From an uncultured Spirochaetota bacterium (GTDB lineage: Bacteria > Spirochaetota > Spirochaetia > SZUA-6 > Fen-1364): a stretch of DNA of 64,000 nt. The DNA lies in the NCBI GenBank assembly GCA_963820525.1, contig CAWGAA010000001.1, positions 1,472,001 to 1,536,000 of the forward strand. The letters run 5' to 3'. The notes below the pieces were generated by a model. That model was not told where the DNA came from and made no database searches. It saw only the letters and a program-made list of their open reading frames with translations. How positions within the stretch are numbered: position 1 is the stretch's first letter; every line of letters starts with the position of its first letter. Position numbers and translations under genes: made by a program. Below, piece after piece: positions 62,321 to 64,000 of this stretch.

Positions 62321-63409
62321 ATGGCACCGAGAAGGAGGAGTGATCTGTTCGATACCCTCCGTGCGCCCAGCCACCGTTTCGAGCCGTCCGAGATCGTCAG
62401 TCTCTTTGGGCAAGTCAGCCAGCGACGCGTCGACGCCATCACCAGCGAGCTGGCTACCTACATCAGAACGAACCTCCCCCTGGCGATCGACCGGCGCGAC
62501 GGCATCGCCGACTACCGAACGAACCCGTACGTTCTCATGACTTCGGCGAGCGTGTTGAACCTCGACGACCCAGGGCGCTTCGCCGATTTCCTGTTTAACA
62601 GCAAGCTCTATATGAGCTTGGAGACCTCGTTCGGCAAATCCGTTGAGGCGACTGTAGTCGGCCACTATCCGATCGTTGGCGACGACAAATGGAAAGATCC
62701 CCCTGAAAAGCTCGCGGAGCTCGCCCAACTTGACGGCTTGTCCAACGAACAGCGTGCCCGCCGACGCACTGCTTCCGCTTGGCGTGAGATCGACAAGTCT
62801 TGCTTCTCGGGACGTCGGCGCTACCTGACTTCCATCAAGAGTGGGCCGAACACCATCAACGACACTCAGGTCCAAGCCATGACCTCAGCCATCATCGACC
62901 ATCACAAAACTTGGGCTACGGAGACGCGCAATTCCTACCCGGGCGTAACGGATCTCGACGTCGTCATTGGGCTCACCTACGGCACGGAGCGCACTACCAA
63001 CAACAAGGAGAACCAGATCCTCGCTAAACTTCTTGAGCACGATTTCGAAGAGGAAGACCGCGCCAATCGGCCTGGGGTCTTGATAGACGTCGCCACCGGG
63101 TCAACCAGAGTCTACCGATGCATCGGAATGCACTTCTGGGCCTTCATGGGCAACCCGTCCGACCCCTCTGCCGCGTCATTTACGTTCCTCGAAATCCTTC
63201 TTGCGCTTGCGAAGGCGCTGTCAACAGGCATTAGCGAGGCCGACTTGGAGACGAGGATCAATAGGAAGCTACAGGCGCTCTCCACGGCGCTTGCGAGTAT
63301 CAAGTTCCCGCGCGGCAGTCTCCCGTCGTGGGTTCGCGAGGCGTTCTCAGAAGGTGAGCTCTTCTGGTTCGCCACCGCAATGACCGCCTTTTTCGATGAG
63401 GGGATCTAA
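62321..63409 (+). CDS. putative type II restriction endonuclease (PD-(D/E)xK; EcoO109I/PmeII-like)
   Basis: Lies between the C5 MTase and vsr; ETSFG, EID...SIKSGPNTIN motifs; family by recollection. Confidence 0.75.
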   Translation: MAPRRRSDLFDTLRAPSHRFEPSEIVSLFGQVSQRRVDAITSELATYIRTNLPLAIDRRDGIADYRTNPYVLMTSASVLNLDDPGRFADFLFNSKLYMSLETSFGKSVEATVVGHYPIVGDDKWKDPPEKLAELAQLDGLSNEQRARRRTASAWREIDKSCFSGRRRYLTSIKSGPNTINDTQVQAMTSAIIDHHKTWATETRNSYPGVTDLDVVIGLTYGTERTTNNKENQILAKLLEHDFEEEDRANRPGVLIDVATGSTRVYRCIGMHFWAFMGNPSDPSAASFTFLEILLALAKALSTGISEADLETRINRKLQALSTALASIKFPRGSLPSWVREAFSEGELFWFATAMTAFFDEGI

Positions 63410-63412
63410 GCG

Positions 63413-63869
63413 TTGGAGAAAAGATTGCGGAGGCTTATTCCTGGCGGCTTCAAAGGCCTCTCCCCGCAGCGATCACGTACAATGGCTGCGGTGCGCGGGC
63501 GAAATAATAGGACGACCGAACGGAGACTTCGATACGCTCTCGTGCGTGCCGGTGTCTCAGGCTGGAAACTCCACCCGCCAGACCTCCAAGGCCGACCCGA
63601 CTTCTACTTCCCCGAGAACAGTGTTGCGGTTTTCGTTGACGGCTGCTTCTGGCATGGCTGCCCGCGGTGCGGCCACTACCCGAAGCACAACCAGGAATTC
63701 TGGAGGACCAAGATTGCCCGAAACAAGACCCGTGATCGCGAGACGACCGCCCGCCTACGGGAAGCTCGGCGTAGCTGTTCTGCGGTTCTGGGAACACGAG
63801 CTCTGTGACGACCTCCCGCGTTGCGTGCATAGCGTGCAGAATGCCTTGCACCGGGAGGCGTTGCAATGA
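63413..63869 (+). CDS. vsr: very short patch repair endonuclease, frameshifted
   Basis: GRPDF, FVDGCFWHGC, FWRTKIARN; C-terminal VLRFWEHE is in another frame after GGG at 63759-63761. Confidence 0.9.
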
Positions 63870-64000
63870 CTGTTCCGGGCCTTAGCACGTCCGTCCCGGT
63901 TTTTTAAACCGCGCGGGAGACTGCAGCGGCGGGGGGCGAAGGGGTTCTTATAAAATAATACGGCCGAGACCCGCAGAGCCTCGCCACGGCCCGCCAAGCG

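Larger units (their letters stand above)
57447..64000. mobile_element. phage-satellite-like integrative element (right end outside the window)
   Basis: att site, Xis-like HTH, D5/SF3 helicase, iterons, R-M cargo, lower GC. Confidence 0.8.

Overview
GC-rich bacterial chromosome segment, probably from a member of Spirochaetia. This is inferred from recalled resemblance of several proteins (53060-53855 hypothetical, LVIVD lipoprotein, integrase remnant) to spirochaete families and was not searched. Positions 1-11.5 kb hold a TCA operon (aconitase, two tandem Mdh paralogues, sucC, partial sucD) divergent from a complete F-type ATP synthase operon whose a, c and delta subunits look atypical (Patescibacteria-like by recollection). 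Positions 11.5-33 kb are mixed: rpiB, a TetR-controlled thioesterase / double-module SufS-like / DUF2892 operon, an LVIVD lipoprotein with a transglutaminase-like TPR partner, AKR, Gpx, GT4, a DISM-GGDEF-EAL protein, a CoA-activase and OmpA. Positions 33-40.6 kb carry a heme O synthase, a type A2 heme-copper oxidase operon and fumC. Positions 40.7-55.9 kb are miscellaneous enzymes and regulators with several deletion-scar pseudogenes, ending in degP. From 56.0 kb there are two tandem elements integrated at a tRNA-Arg(UCU) 3' end. The first is a 1.4-kb relic with a dead integrase and intact hicBA. The second is a phage-satellite-like element with Xis-like HTH, D5/SF3 helicase, iteron origin, a Zn-finger protein and a type II R-M plus Vsr cargo, and it runs off the window. 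Best candidates for novelty are the single-chain pseudo-dimeric SufS-like enzyme, the atypical F-ATPase within an aerobic-respiration gene set, and the nested tRNA-Arg islands.
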